Shown: one piece after another, positions 20,341 through 29,339 of the stretch
How positions within the stretch are numbered: the stretch's first letter is position 1
How the letters are laid out: every line of letters begins with the position of its first letter
Sequence record: MW879340.1
Length of the DNA stretch: 64,000 nt
Direction: 5' to 3' (one strand)
The notes under the pieces: generated by a model
What the model saw: the letters and a program-made list of their open reading frames with translations, nothing else
What the model was told of the DNA's origin: nothing
The model's database searches: none
Position numbers and translations under genes: made by a program

Positions 20341-21288
20341 ATGCTTGAGCTAATGTTAGCAGGAAATAATAAGCCAATTGTTCCTGAATCGGGACCTGGC
20401 AATAAACAGTTACTAGCGGGCAACCGAACCGATGGCTGGTTTGGTATTATACCTGCGGCCGAAATGCCGTCTCCATTTACTATTGCAACAACATCAGGAT
20501 TATCCGTAACGCTTCCACAAATCAACAACAATCCGCTGACATGGTTAAAAGCAGTACTGGACGGTAAGTACATCTTTTTCTCATCCACTCCGTTTAACAA
20601 CACGACCTTAACCGCGCTTTACAACGCTGGGGTCGTGTACGGCACAGATGACAATGGGTTACGAACCCCAACGGGTTCATCGCCGACCAATCAGCTTAAG
20701 TTGATTGTGTTTAAAGACTCGGCAAATAAAACGTGGTGTTTTAAAATCAGGCTGATCAACACCATCAACCCTAACACCATGACGTCAACGGACACCCCAG
20801 CGTCCACCAGTGTATATGCCGGGGAAATGTACAAGTTGTTCTCCCACATCATGGCTAGCGGTAACGTGCCGCAAGACGGGGTGAAGTGGGATAAGTTTGT
20901 AGCAGGTCGTGAATTCTACAATGACCGCTACCACAGTAATTCGGTGCAGGCGGGTAGTGTGTTCCAGGGCGCGCCAACGTACACCCTTGGTCAGTATGGC
21001 TGGTACGGTGTCGGTGTGTCGGTTAGTTGGATGCCGGTGCTGGAACTTATTAACCCAGACGTTGAGTTGGTTCCGCCAATTGAAGTCACTGGCGCCGCAC
21101 CGAAGATGATGCCGGCTAACGTAAACGCCACATCTAACATTGATGCACTCTCATCGTCGGAGCTGACAATGATATCGAGCACCTTAACACCACCGCTTGA
21201 ATCAGCCCCTGCCTCACCAGAGCCATTATCTGCTGGCGCTGTTAACACAGTCAATGCCCAGTGGCTCCCGCCGCACATGACCAATTAA
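20341..21288 (+). CDS. putative virion/tail protein, cassette 1 gene A
   Basis: MLELMLAG tag; SGPGNKQLLAG..GWFG and WMPVLEL motifs shared with 9 paralogs. Confidence 0.8.
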   Translation: MLELMLAGNNKPIVPESGPGNKQLLAGNRTDGWFGIIPAAEMPSPFTIATTSGLSVTLPQINNNPLTWLKAVLDGKYIFFSSTPFNNTTLTALYNAGVVYGTDDNGLRTPTGSSPTNQLKLIVFKDSANKTWCFKIRLINTINPNTMTSTDTPASTSVYAGEMYKLFSHIMASGNVPQDGVKWDKFVAGREFYNDRYHSNSVQAGSVFQGAPTYTLGQYGWYGVGVSVSWMPVLELINPDVELVPPIEVTGAAPKMMPANVNATSNIDALSSSELTMISSTLTPPLESAPASPEPLSAGAVNTVNAQWLPPHMTN

Positions 21289-21300
21289 TAAGGTACCAGC

Positions 21301-22143
21301 ATGCACATTCATTTAAAATGGGTTAATGCCAACACCCAGCAAACTGTCACGAACATTTATCGTGGCACGACGACGCTTGATCGCAATAACCTAGGAACAC
21401 CGTTGGTGGTATTATCCGCAGGCGAGACCGAGTACTACGACCGCACCGTAGAAGCAGGTACGACCTATTACTACGTCATCGAATACGTTTCTGCCACCAC
21501 ACGAGTCAAATCACGTGTGTACAGCTTCCTGGCTGACTATGTCCGTGGCGCCGGTGGCAACGTAGTGTTGTTCGGTAATGATGATTTCGGTTTCATGGGG
21601 TACGGTACATTCCCATCATACACCGAGATTTTAACTAAGATTGGTGTGGGCCGTGAAACCGCCAGCCCGACAACAGACGCTGCGGTGAATGGTTGTAAAT
21701 TCAGTGTCGCCGGTAAAGTCTATTACTCTGTTTTCTTATCTGGCAGTGCCCTTGATTTTACAACGACACTGGCTTTCCTTAAGCGCACCGATAAACTCCC
21801 AATCACCATTGAGGGTATAAACTATCTGGCTTACCCGCTGGACATGCTGGGTGATGGTTTTGTATGGGACGGAACTTACTCAAGTACGGCACCGGTAGGT
21901 AAACGGGATATGTTCGAATACCTGGTGATTCCGCAATTACCGTCTGTCACGATAGATGGTTCGTGGAAAGGCGATGTGTTGGGTCGTGTCAGCACTCAAG
22001 GGACCAATAGCCCAATGTCAAAAGCGGTTGCGGGTATGGCACGCATTCCATATTGGAACATGACCAACAACACCATAGCCTACGCGGCATCAGCGGTGTC
22101 CTCCCAACTGTTGCACATCGTCTTAGAACTAGTAGAGGCTTAA
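21301..22143 (+). CDS. putative virion/tail protein, cassette 1 gene B (FN3-like N-terminus)
   Basis: IHLKWVN..NIYRG..YYD..GTTYYYVI pattern; ends IVLELVEA. Confidence 0.8.
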   Translation: MHIHLKWVNANTQQTVTNIYRGTTTLDRNNLGTPLVVLSAGETEYYDRTVEAGTTYYYVIEYVSATTRVKSRVYSFLADYVRGAGGNVVLFGNDDFGFMGYGTFPSYTEILTKIGVGRETASPTTDAAVNGCKFSVAGKVYYSVFLSGSALDFTTTLAFLKRTDKLPITIEGINYLAYPLDMLGDGFVWDGTYSSTAPVGKRDMFEYLVIPQLPSVTIDGSWKGDVLGRVSTQGTNSPMSKAVAGMARIPYWNMTNNTIAYAASAVSSQLLHIVLELVEA

Positions 22144-22144
22144 T

Positions 22145-23071
22145 ATGAGCATTACCCTAAATTGGAACAACCGGGGTCAGACCGTCACGGCGGTGAAGAT
22201 TTACCGCGGCACAAGCAGAATGGTGGCGTCAACGTTACTCACCACTATCAACAGTGCTGCGATAACGTATACCGACGACACCGCAGCGAATGACACGCTG
22301 TACTACTACAAAGTGGCGTTGGTAATCAATGGTGAAGAAGTCTCTGGTTCACTTCGCCCAATGGTTGCCTTCACAAACCTTGGTCCGGGCCCGACAACCT
22401 TAATTTCCGGCACCGCTGAATTCGGTTATTTCGGTAAGATGACGCCGCTTGAGTTTTTTACCGGTTCTGGATTACGGTCGGCAGTGGGTACTGCACCCCA
22501 GTACTGGACGAGTTACACCACCGAGATAACATGGTGGCGTAAATACGCGTACTTCGGTAAAATCCTTTACGTGCCGGATCTGCCTATTTACACAACTGCG
22601 TCCGCTAACAACTCTGCGATCAGTGCACTGTACACAGCTGGGATGTTGTATGGACATGGTAAGACAGATAAGAATTCGATCATTACCGTGGCAGCGACTG
22701 TTCAGAACAAAAAGGTCGTCAAGGACAGCTACGAGTTTTTGATTAAGGCCCCGTCTGCTAATATTTATACTGATCCGACGACATCGTTCATGAATCTTAC
22801 GCCTTCTTTGGATTATTACCAGAGTGAAGGGTTTCTTCTTTCGGCTCCGGCATCAACGTATTCGTATTCATCCATTGCATCCGGATTGGCGTTCCCGCGT
22901 GTAACACCGGCCGATACATACGGTGCTACCCTGGGTGGTATGGTTACGCAACACATGGTAACCGCTTCCACGTTTAACGTCCATTATAACTACACGGCCA
23001 GCCGTGCTAACTTGAACTGGACCGCCACCAACACGATTTACTACTTGCCAATTCTGCAATTGGTTCCATAA
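22145..23071 (+). CDS. putative virion/tail protein, cassette 1 gene C (FN3-like N-terminus)
   Basis: ITLNWNN..KIYRG..YTDDTAANDTLYYY; GPGPTTL..GYFG; ends LPILQLVP. Confidence 0.8.
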   Translation: MSITLNWNNRGQTVTAVKIYRGTSRMVASTLLTTINSAAITYTDDTAANDTLYYYKVALVINGEEVSGSLRPMVAFTNLGPGPTTLISGTAEFGYFGKMTPLEFFTGSGLRSAVGTAPQYWTSYTTEITWWRKYAYFGKILYVPDLPIYTTASANNSAISALYTAGMLYGHGKTDKNSIITVAATVQNKKVVKDSYEFLIKAPSANIYTDPTTSFMNLTPSLDYYQSEGFLLSAPASTYSYSSIASGLAFPRVTPADTYGATLGGMVTQHMVTASTFNVHYNYTASRANLNWTATNTIYYLPILQLVP

Positions 23072-23076
23072 CCACC

Positions 23077-23106
23077 AAGCGGGGCTTCGGTCCCGCTTTT
23101 ATGCCG
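23077..23106 (+). terminator. hairpin + TTATGCCG terminator-like element
   Basis: AAGCGGGGC-TTCG-GTCCCGCTT then TTATGCCG. Confidence 0.8.
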
Positions 23107-23148
23107 ATTGATGTTATGTATCCTGTATTTTAATAAGGTTAAGATACC

Positions 23149-24132
23149 ATGCTAGAGATCATCATATTTGGGGGTGCGGGTAACGGAAACTACCTCCCCA
23201 ACTCAGGACCTGGCAATAAGAAAGTACTAAAAGGAAGTAAGCAAAATGGATGGTTCGGGATGATTGATCCCTCGTATATGCCTACCATTCAAGAGGTCGG
23301 GAAGCAAGCCGGCATGATCACCCTGCCTGACTATACAGGGGCTAACCCAGCCAGACCTGCCTGGATGAAAGCCGTGATCGATGACAAGGTTATCTTCCTG
23401 CCTAACGGACCGTGGACTGGTGACATCAGTTATTGGGACTGCTACCGAGCGGGTGTAGTGTTTGGCGTTGACGGTATCAGTCCTGATAATACGAGTAGAC
23501 CTTCTGCGGCACTCAGCAGTTATAACCAGCTCAAGTACGTGGATTGGATTGACCCAACCGGTAAGGCCTGGTTGTTCAAGGTGCGGTTCATTAAGGGGAA
23601 CGCCCCCATCGTTGTAGCGAGTACTGGCGCAGTAAACTCAGACACGTCATCCAACAGTGAAGCGTATCAGCTGTTCTGGCGGACACGTGCGACATCGACC
23701 GCCAGTGAAGCAGAGCGTTGGGATTCGTTGGTATCGGGCGTGGATTATTACCAGTTCCGCTATTTCGACCAGACGTATATCCCTTCTGGTGATAACCGCA
23801 GCATTGGCGGTACGACAGCATTACCGGACGTTGGTCAGTGGTGGGGTGGTGGTTCGACGAACAAGTTCCCGTGGTGTCCGGTACTGGAAGTGGTGTCTCC
23901 GGACGATACTTTCATTTACCCTATCGGTGTCACTTTTGTCACACGGCAATCCACACCGTTAGCGCCAGTGATATCCAGTGATACTCGACTGATGGTTGCG
24001 GGTGATGTTGATCTGCAAAACCAGCGCACGATTCCACTGGCAGCGCTTGTCTCTTCTGATGCCTTTACGGTTGCCAATGCCGTGAGTTTCACTAACATGG
24101 CAGTCGCGCCGATTAACCCAATTATGAGTTGA
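23149..24132 (+). CDS. putative virion/tail protein, cassette 2 gene A
   Basis: MLEIIIFGG tag; NSGPGNKK..GWFG; WCPVLEV; paralog of 20341. Confidence 0.8.
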   Translation: MLEIIIFGGAGNGNYLPNSGPGNKKVLKGSKQNGWFGMIDPSYMPTIQEVGKQAGMITLPDYTGANPARPAWMKAVIDDKVIFLPNGPWTGDISYWDCYRAGVVFGVDGISPDNTSRPSAALSSYNQLKYVDWIDPTGKAWLFKVRFIKGNAPIVVASTGAVNSDTSSNSEAYQLFWRTRATSTASEAERWDSLVSGVDYYQFRYFDQTYIPSGDNRSIGGTTALPDVGQWWGGGSTNKFPWCPVLEVVSPDDTFIYPIGVTFVTRQSTPLAPVISSDTRLMVAGDVDLQNQRTIPLAALVSSDAFTVANAVSFTNMAVAPINPIMS

Positions 24133-24142
24133 GGTAGATAAC

Positions 24143-24976
24143 GTGTATATCGACTTAAAGTGGACCAATGCTAACTCCGGTATGATGAAGACCAATATCT
24201 ACCGTAGCACCACGCCTTTAGACAAAGCCAACCTTGGTACACCGGTTGTCGTGTTAACGAACAACGAAACCACCTGGCGTGATCTGTCCGTGTCTCCTGC
24301 TGTGACGTATTATTACGTCATTGAGTTTGAAGCCAACGACGTTAAAGTTTCTACTCGTGTCTTCACAATGACTGCCAGTTACACACGTGGTCATGGTAAT
24401 GCGACGGTAGTCCTGGGTGATCAAGAATACGGGCTGATGGATCAGGTGGCTGTAGGTCGTATGGTCTCCGTACTGACCTCTGCCGGTTTCTCACAATCAG
24501 GCATGACCGACACCACGTTCGGACCAGGTACTAAGTTCAGTTACAAGAACAAAGTGTATTACGTGATCATGATGCAGGCTAACCTTGTTGGTTCCACCAT
24601 GGCGGCACTGACTCCGTTGTTTAATAACAATGACGGTGTTCCGGTAACGATCGAGGGATTCAACTACCTGTTGCGTCTGGCGAAGGTACTGGGACCAAGC
24701 TGGGATGGGTCTACGAAAGTAACTACCACCACGGACCTGGATGAATTCTACATCAAGTTCGTGCTCCCACAGTTCAGCTTCTTGGCTAACTGGCCGGGCG
24801 AGTCATTGGGTAAGCTTAACAACCTGGCGGCGACTAACATTATCGTTGGACGGGATGTTGTGGCGGGCACTGTTGCTACTCGAGTGGGTCGTAACGCCGC
24901 AGTTACCTGGTCAGCGACCACCACATCGTTAACATCGTCAACGTACGTTCCTTTCATCTTAGAACTGGTGGAGTAA
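24143..24976 (+). CDS. putative virion/tail protein, cassette 2 gene B
   Basis: IDLKWTN..NIYRS..NLGTPVVVL; ends FILELVE; paralog of 21301; GTG start. Confidence 0.8.
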   Translation: MYIDLKWTNANSGMMKTNIYRSTTPLDKANLGTPVVVLTNNETTWRDLSVSPAVTYYYVIEFEANDVKVSTRVFTMTASYTRGHGNATVVLGDQEYGLMDQVAVGRMVSVLTSAGFSQSGMTDTTFGPGTKFSYKNKVYYVIMMQANLVGSTMAALTPLFNNNDGVPVTIEGFNYLLRLAKVLGPSWDGSTKVTTTTDLDEFYIKFVLPQFSFLANWPGESLGKLNNLAATNIIVGRDVVAGTVATRVGRNAAVTWSATTTSLTSSTYVPFILELVE

Positions 24977-24977
24977 C

Positions 24978-25940
24978 ATGGCAATCACATTAAACTGGGC
25001 GAATAAAAACGCCAACGTCACGAACTTTAAAGTGTACCGTGGAACGACCAAGTCTAACCTGGTGTTATTGACCACGTTGTCGAGCTCAGCGACGTCCTAC
25101 ACCGATAATACGGCACAGAACAATACTTTGTACTATTATCAGGTTAACGTCGTTCTAGGAGCGTCTGATGAGGTTCCCGGGGCTATCACGCCACACACCG
25201 CGTTTACCGATACCGGTCCTGGTCCACAGACCTTATTAGCGGGAACGATGGAGTGGGGGTACTTCGGTCAGCTAACCCCGGCCGAGTTCATTCCGGATGC
25301 ACAGTACAAGGCATTGTCAACCACAGGCACGGCATACGGAACAGCGATCACGCTCTGGTGTAAGTTTGCTTATAAAGGCAAGATCCTGTTTGTGGCAGAT
25401 AACCCCTGCCGTAACCAGACCATTGCCCCGTATACCTTTGCGAAGTCGTTGTATAACGAAGGTGTGTATTTAGGTACGGGCGACAGTAGCCTACCACACA
25501 GCTTACTCGGCGTAGGTGCTGCTGCGGTACCTCAGACCAAACGCACTACCGCGGGATCGTATGAATTCATTGTTCGTGCCATGAAAGCTAACGAGACCAC
25601 TCTACCATCAGCGAACGGGCTGTACAACAGTGCCACACCACCTAACCAACGTGAGTCTGTGTTTTCTGAAGCGACGTTGATTGCCTCCGGCAGTAGTGCC
25701 TGGGCGTCTACCGCGGCTTACGTGGCGCAAGGTCTCATGCCAACGAAGTTAGTTGGATCGGGTGCGTTGTTAGGTGTGTATCAGAACAGCTGGCACATCA
25801 CACAGCACTTTACGTCCGCATCGAACTACGCGCTGATGATGGTCAACAACGGGACAGCCACAACCAGCGTGACCGGCATGGCATACGGCACATCTATTGC
25901 GTGTGTGTTCTTACCGGTGCTGGAGTTGGTTACTCCGTAA
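24978..25940 (+). CDS. putative virion/tail protein, cassette 2 gene C
   Basis: ITLNWAN..KVYRGT..YTDNTAQNNTLYYY; GPGPQTL..GYFG; LPVLELV. Confidence 0.8.
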   Translation: MAITLNWANKNANVTNFKVYRGTTKSNLVLLTTLSSSATSYTDNTAQNNTLYYYQVNVVLGASDEVPGAITPHTAFTDTGPGPQTLLAGTMEWGYFGQLTPAEFIPDAQYKALSTTGTAYGTAITLWCKFAYKGKILFVADNPCRNQTIAPYTFAKSLYNEGVYLGTGDSSLPHSLLGVGAAAVPQTKRTTAGSYEFIVRAMKANETTLPSANGLYNSATPPNQRESVFSEATLIASGSSAWASTAAYVAQGLMPTKLVGSGALLGVYQNSWHITQHFTSASNYALMMVNNGTATTSVTGMAYGTSIACVFLPVLELVTP

Positions 25941-25987
25941 TATGTAAAATCGTACATATGTGGTAGGTATATATAACCACACTTACT

Positions 25988-26008
25988 GGCTAGGGTTCAT
26001 CCCTGGCC
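25988..26008 (+). terminator. hairpin terminator-like element
   Basis: GGCTAGGG-TTCAT-CCCTGGCC followed by TTTATTCTG. Confidence 0.6.
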
Positions 26009-26030
26009 TTTATTCTGATTTGGCGGGCAT

Positions 26031-26537
26031 ATGTTTGAATCAATGATCTTAGGGAATACAAGACCAAAGGCTGTGTCTGGCCAGTCGGTTCGATTGTGTG
26101 GATTAAGCGCGCAAAATATAAACGTAATTGGGGTGTACGAACTTGAGCTTTACAACAAAGCGGGGGTTAACCTGTGTAGGGTCGCAGGCGCAACACCCGC
26201 AACATCGTACAGTCCGGCCACCACCAACTCGCCGTCGGTTAACTTGGTGAACTATCCACCATCTAACACCATTGATGGTAACACCACCGATTGGCACAGC
26301 ACGTGTTACATTGCCTGTGCTACCGATGGATCGGCTTGGTTACAGTACGACTTCCCAGTCCCGATCACGATTGACCACTGGTACTTCTTACCAGAAGGTC
26401 AATACATCCCGGCCGGTGCAGGTTTAAAGCTACAGATCTACATCGATGGTGTGTGGTGTGATATACGAGGTACCATGACCCCTACCCAGTGGTCATTTAG
26501 CAAATGGCACGTCTTTACGAACTTGTCCATCGTTTAA
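26031..26537 (+). CDS. discoidin/F5-8 type C-like carbohydrate-binding protein
   Basis: NTIDGNTTDWHS..AWLQYDFPVPITIDHW..LKLQIY..GVW pattern; MFESMILG tag. Confidence 0.65.
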   Translation: MFESMILGNTRPKAVSGQSVRLCGLSAQNINVIGVYELELYNKAGVNLCRVAGATPATSYSPATTNSPSVNLVNYPPSNTIDGNTTDWHSTCYIACATDGSAWLQYDFPVPITIDHWYFLPEGQYIPAGAGLKLQIYIDGVWCDIRGTMTPTQWSFSKWHVFTNLSIV

Positions 26538-26550
26538 TAAAAGGAAACCC

Positions 26551-26871
26551 ATGCTATCAGACATTACGGTCGGTCACATTTACAGCTCACAATCTGGTGT
26601 GCCGTTTATTGTGATCGCTAAAGCTGCTCACGGGCAAGACTGTTCATTGAGCATGATTGTCTATCAGAACCTCGAGCCGACGAAGGACTACCCGACCGGA
26701 AAGATCTGGGTGGAGCCTGAGTCGTTGTTCTTGACACAATTTAAAGAATTCGAATCAGGAGTTTATCATGACTACAACAATGCACGATCATCTACTGAAG
26801 CGGGGGTACGATCTGACCCGCTATCCTACTTCCTGGGTCACCGACACGACGCTGACTGTTCCACTGTTTGA
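26551..26871 (+). CDS. DUF1653-like protein
   Basis: Y...SG..F.VIA.A.H..D....IVYQNL...G.IWV.P...F pattern. Confidence 0.65.
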   Translation: MLSDITVGHIYSSQSGVPFIVIAKAAHGQDCSLSMIVYQNLEPTKDYPTGKIWVEPESLFLTQFKEFESGVYHDYNNARSSTEAGVRSDPLSYFLGHRHDADCSTV

Positions 26872-27296
26872 CTTTGCGGGTAAGCTGAAAGGGTATCAGA
26901 CGTATACCCCGAACGCACCGAAGAAAACGAAGAACCCGAAAGAAGCTAAATACTTCACCCGCATGATGGGTCACGGTCAGCTGGTCTGGGGTACAGAGCT
27001 GGAGTTGGAAATTAACAACCAACAGTCCGTGGGCAACCGTATTCTTAACTGAATCGGTCTTTAAAGCCTGTGCGTTACATCGGGCTGGTTTCAACGCGTG
27101 GTCTGTGTTAGGCAGTGACGTATCAACACAGCTCAAGCAGCAGTTACTTTTATTACCTCATCATTTTGTCTGTGCAGGGGACGATGATAAAGCAGGATTA
27201 AAGTTCTCACGCACGTTCCGTGATGGGTTTGTTTCCAGGGATCTAGATGAACTATCATCTGATGAAGTACGTGCACTAGCTGCACCATTCTTATAA
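26768..27296 (+). pseudogene. small Toprim primase-like gene split by a +1 frameshift
   Basis: Frame 1: HLLKRGY..PLFDFAGKLKGYQTY.P..K..NPKEAKYFT..LVWGTE; next frame, open from about 26967: TVFLTESVFKACALHRAGFNAWSVLG..CAGDDDKAG (Toprim E and DxD motifs). Confidence 0.8.
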
Positions 27297-27311
27297 TTAA
27301 AGGAACCTATC

Positions 27312-27911
27312 ATGATCGAGTCAATGTTGTTAGGCGGGAAGTCTAGCGTGCCCGCAGGCCAAGTGATGTATACGGCCGCTAACACATTCAGCTTCGTTGT
27401 GCCTGCTGGGGTTAACGAGATATCAGCATATGCACGAGGGTCTGGTGGCGGTGGCGGATACGGTAACACGTCGTACCGTGGTCTGGCCGGCGGGCCTGGC
27501 GGGATTGGTGGTAGCTCCTACGCAAACAAGATCCCGGTCACCCCAGGTGAAACGTTGACCGTGAGAATCGGCGCAGGTGGTGGAACACCAGGACCTGGTG
27601 CAGTGACACAGTTATTGCGTGACGATGTTGTTTTACTAACCGCGACAGCCGGTGCAGCAGGCTACAACTCCAGCGGAACGGGTAGCAGTGAGAACAACCC
27701 GGGCTCGCCTGGACCGGCAGCAGGGGCTATTCCTGGTGCCACTGGATTGGGTACGGGAAATGCCTTACCGGGCAGTGGTGGTAACGGTGGTAAAGGTTAC
27801 GGGTTCAGTGGTGGTTACACCGCATCAAAAGGTATCAACGGTTGCATGCGTATTATCTGGGGTAGCAATCGTGCTTTCCCTAGCACAAACGTGGCTGACG
27901 TCGTAGCGTAA
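27312..27911 (+). CDS. glycine-rich tail adhesin-like protein
   Basis: FSFVVPAGVNEISAYARGSGGGGG..IPVTPGETLTVRIGAGG..GINGCMRIIWG; MIESMLLGG tag. Confidence 0.75.
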   Translation: MIESMLLGGKSSVPAGQVMYTAANTFSFVVPAGVNEISAYARGSGGGGGYGNTSYRGLAGGPGGIGGSSYANKIPVTPGETLTVRIGAGGGTPGPGAVTQLLRDDVVLLTATAGAAGYNSSGTGSSENNPGSPGPAAGAIPGATGLGTGNALPGSGGNGGKGYGFSGGYTASKGINGCMRIIWGSNRAFPSTNVADVVA

Positions 27912-27915
27912 ATAG

Positions 27916-27945
27916 AGGAGGGGGTTTCCCCTCCTTTTATGCTGA
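27916..27945 (+). terminator. hairpin + TTATGCTG terminator-like element
   Basis: AGGAGGGG-GTTT-CCCCTCCT then TTTATGCTGA. Confidence 0.75.
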
Positions 27946-28004
27946 TTAGTTATTGTTGACAAATTAGCACAATAAAATGAACATAACTAATTGAGAGAAT
28001 AAAA

Positions 28005-29330
28005 ATGAGCTCAGGAAAAGCGGTAGTAGAAGACTTCCGTCAGTTAGCACGGGTGGTACGTATCGATGACGTCATTCAGCACCCAAATGCTGACCGTATG
28101 TCTTTAGCCATCATTGGTGGCTGGCAGGTATGCATCAAGTTAGAAGAATTCAAGAAAGGTGATCTGGCGTTGTACTGCGAGATTGACTCTCTGGTGCCAA
28201 CCAGTGTACCAGAGTTTGCCTTCCTGGAAGAACGCAAAGACGGTTTGAAGTCATTCGGCGAACAGACGTACTCGCGCATCAAAACCATCAAGTTGCGTAA
28301 AGAGCTGTCGCAGGGCCTACTGGTCCCAATCCCTCGTCAGCTTGAAACGCCGGTTGAAGAAGGTGATGACCTGACTCAGGCACTGGGTGTGTTGAAGTAT
28401 GAGAAGTCTGCTTCAAAAAACCTGACTTCGGTCGAACCAACTTACAGCCTGTATCATCGTCTGGCGTTGCGTATTCGTGGGCCAGAGGTTGAGCCGCTGC
28501 CGTTCCCAGCATTCTTGCGCAAGTCCGAAGAGAACCGCGTACAGAACTCCTCATCGCAATACCGTCGTGCGGTAGAAGAAGGTGAAGAATTCGAAGTCAC
28601 CGTGAAACTCGATGGTGAATCAATGACCTTGTATTCCGTCATTGATGGCACTGCGGTCCGCACAGGGGTATGTTCACGTAACTGTGAAATCCGTCAGGAC
28701 GATGTGGTATTCACGCCGGTTCAGATGCTGCGTCGCTGGATTGGTGGTCTGATGCTGCGTAACCGGCGTGCATTCAGCTGGCGTCGTATCACATGGCCTA
28801 AAGAAGCAACAACCCCACTGGCCTGGTTACGTGAGTTCCGTGAAAACAATACGCGCTATGACATCCTCAATGTGGGGTTGCCTAGCGTTGAACGTGTTAT
28901 TTCTGCGCTGGATGATCCTTTCTTCAACTACGCTTGCAAGAGCAACGCATTGATGCAACTCGCGTCGGTATCACTGGAAGACCGTTGTGCGTACACCGTG
29001 CAGGGTGAACTGTTCGGTCCTGGTATCCAGGGTAACTATGAAGGCGTGCAAGAAACTTCCTTCAACGTCTACCGTGTCTACGTTGATGGCCGTGATGCGT
29101 TACTGCCTGATGAAGCGCGAGCATTGTGTAAACGCATGGGCCTGAAGTACGTACCGGTTCTTGAAGAACGTACCAAACTGCCAGCTGATATCAAAGAAGC
29201 GCTGGCGAAAGCAGACGGTAAGCGTTACTACTCCGGCAAGCCAAACCGTGAAGGCGTGGTCTACAAATCGTTAGCACGTGACTTCTCGTTTAAAGTTATC
29301 AGCAACAAGTATTTGCTCAGCGAAGACTAA
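28005..29330 (+). CDS. ATP-dependent RNA ligase, DRB0094/Rnl5 family
   Basis: N-terminal HPNADR..GGWQV..Y.EIDS..IKTIKLRKELSQGL; motif I KLDGES; SRN; QGEL.GPGIQGN; REGVV; FKVIS. Confidence 0.9.
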   Translation: MSSGKAVVEDFRQLARVVRIDDVIQHPNADRMSLAIIGGWQVCIKLEEFKKGDLALYCEIDSLVPTSVPEFAFLEERKDGLKSFGEQTYSRIKTIKLRKELSQGLLVPIPRQLETPVEEGDDLTQALGVLKYEKSASKNLTSVEPTYSLYHRLALRIRGPEVEPLPFPAFLRKSEENRVQNSSSQYRRAVEEGEEFEVTVKLDGESMTLYSVIDGTAVRTGVCSRNCEIRQDDVVFTPVQMLRRWIGGLMLRNRRAFSWRRITWPKEATTPLAWLREFRENNTRYDILNVGLPSVERVISALDDPFFNYACKSNALMQLASVSLEDRCAYTVQGELFGPGIQGNYEGVQETSFNVYRVYVDGRDALLPDEARALCKRMGLKYVPVLEERTKLPADIKEALAKADGKRYYSGKPNREGVVYKSLARDFSFKVISNKYLLSED

Positions 29331-29339
29331 GGTTAAATC

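Noticed and set aside
25940-25982. Two small AT-rich hairpins as an ncRNA
   Set aside because: Short weak stems with no recognisable RNA family; may just be promoter DNA
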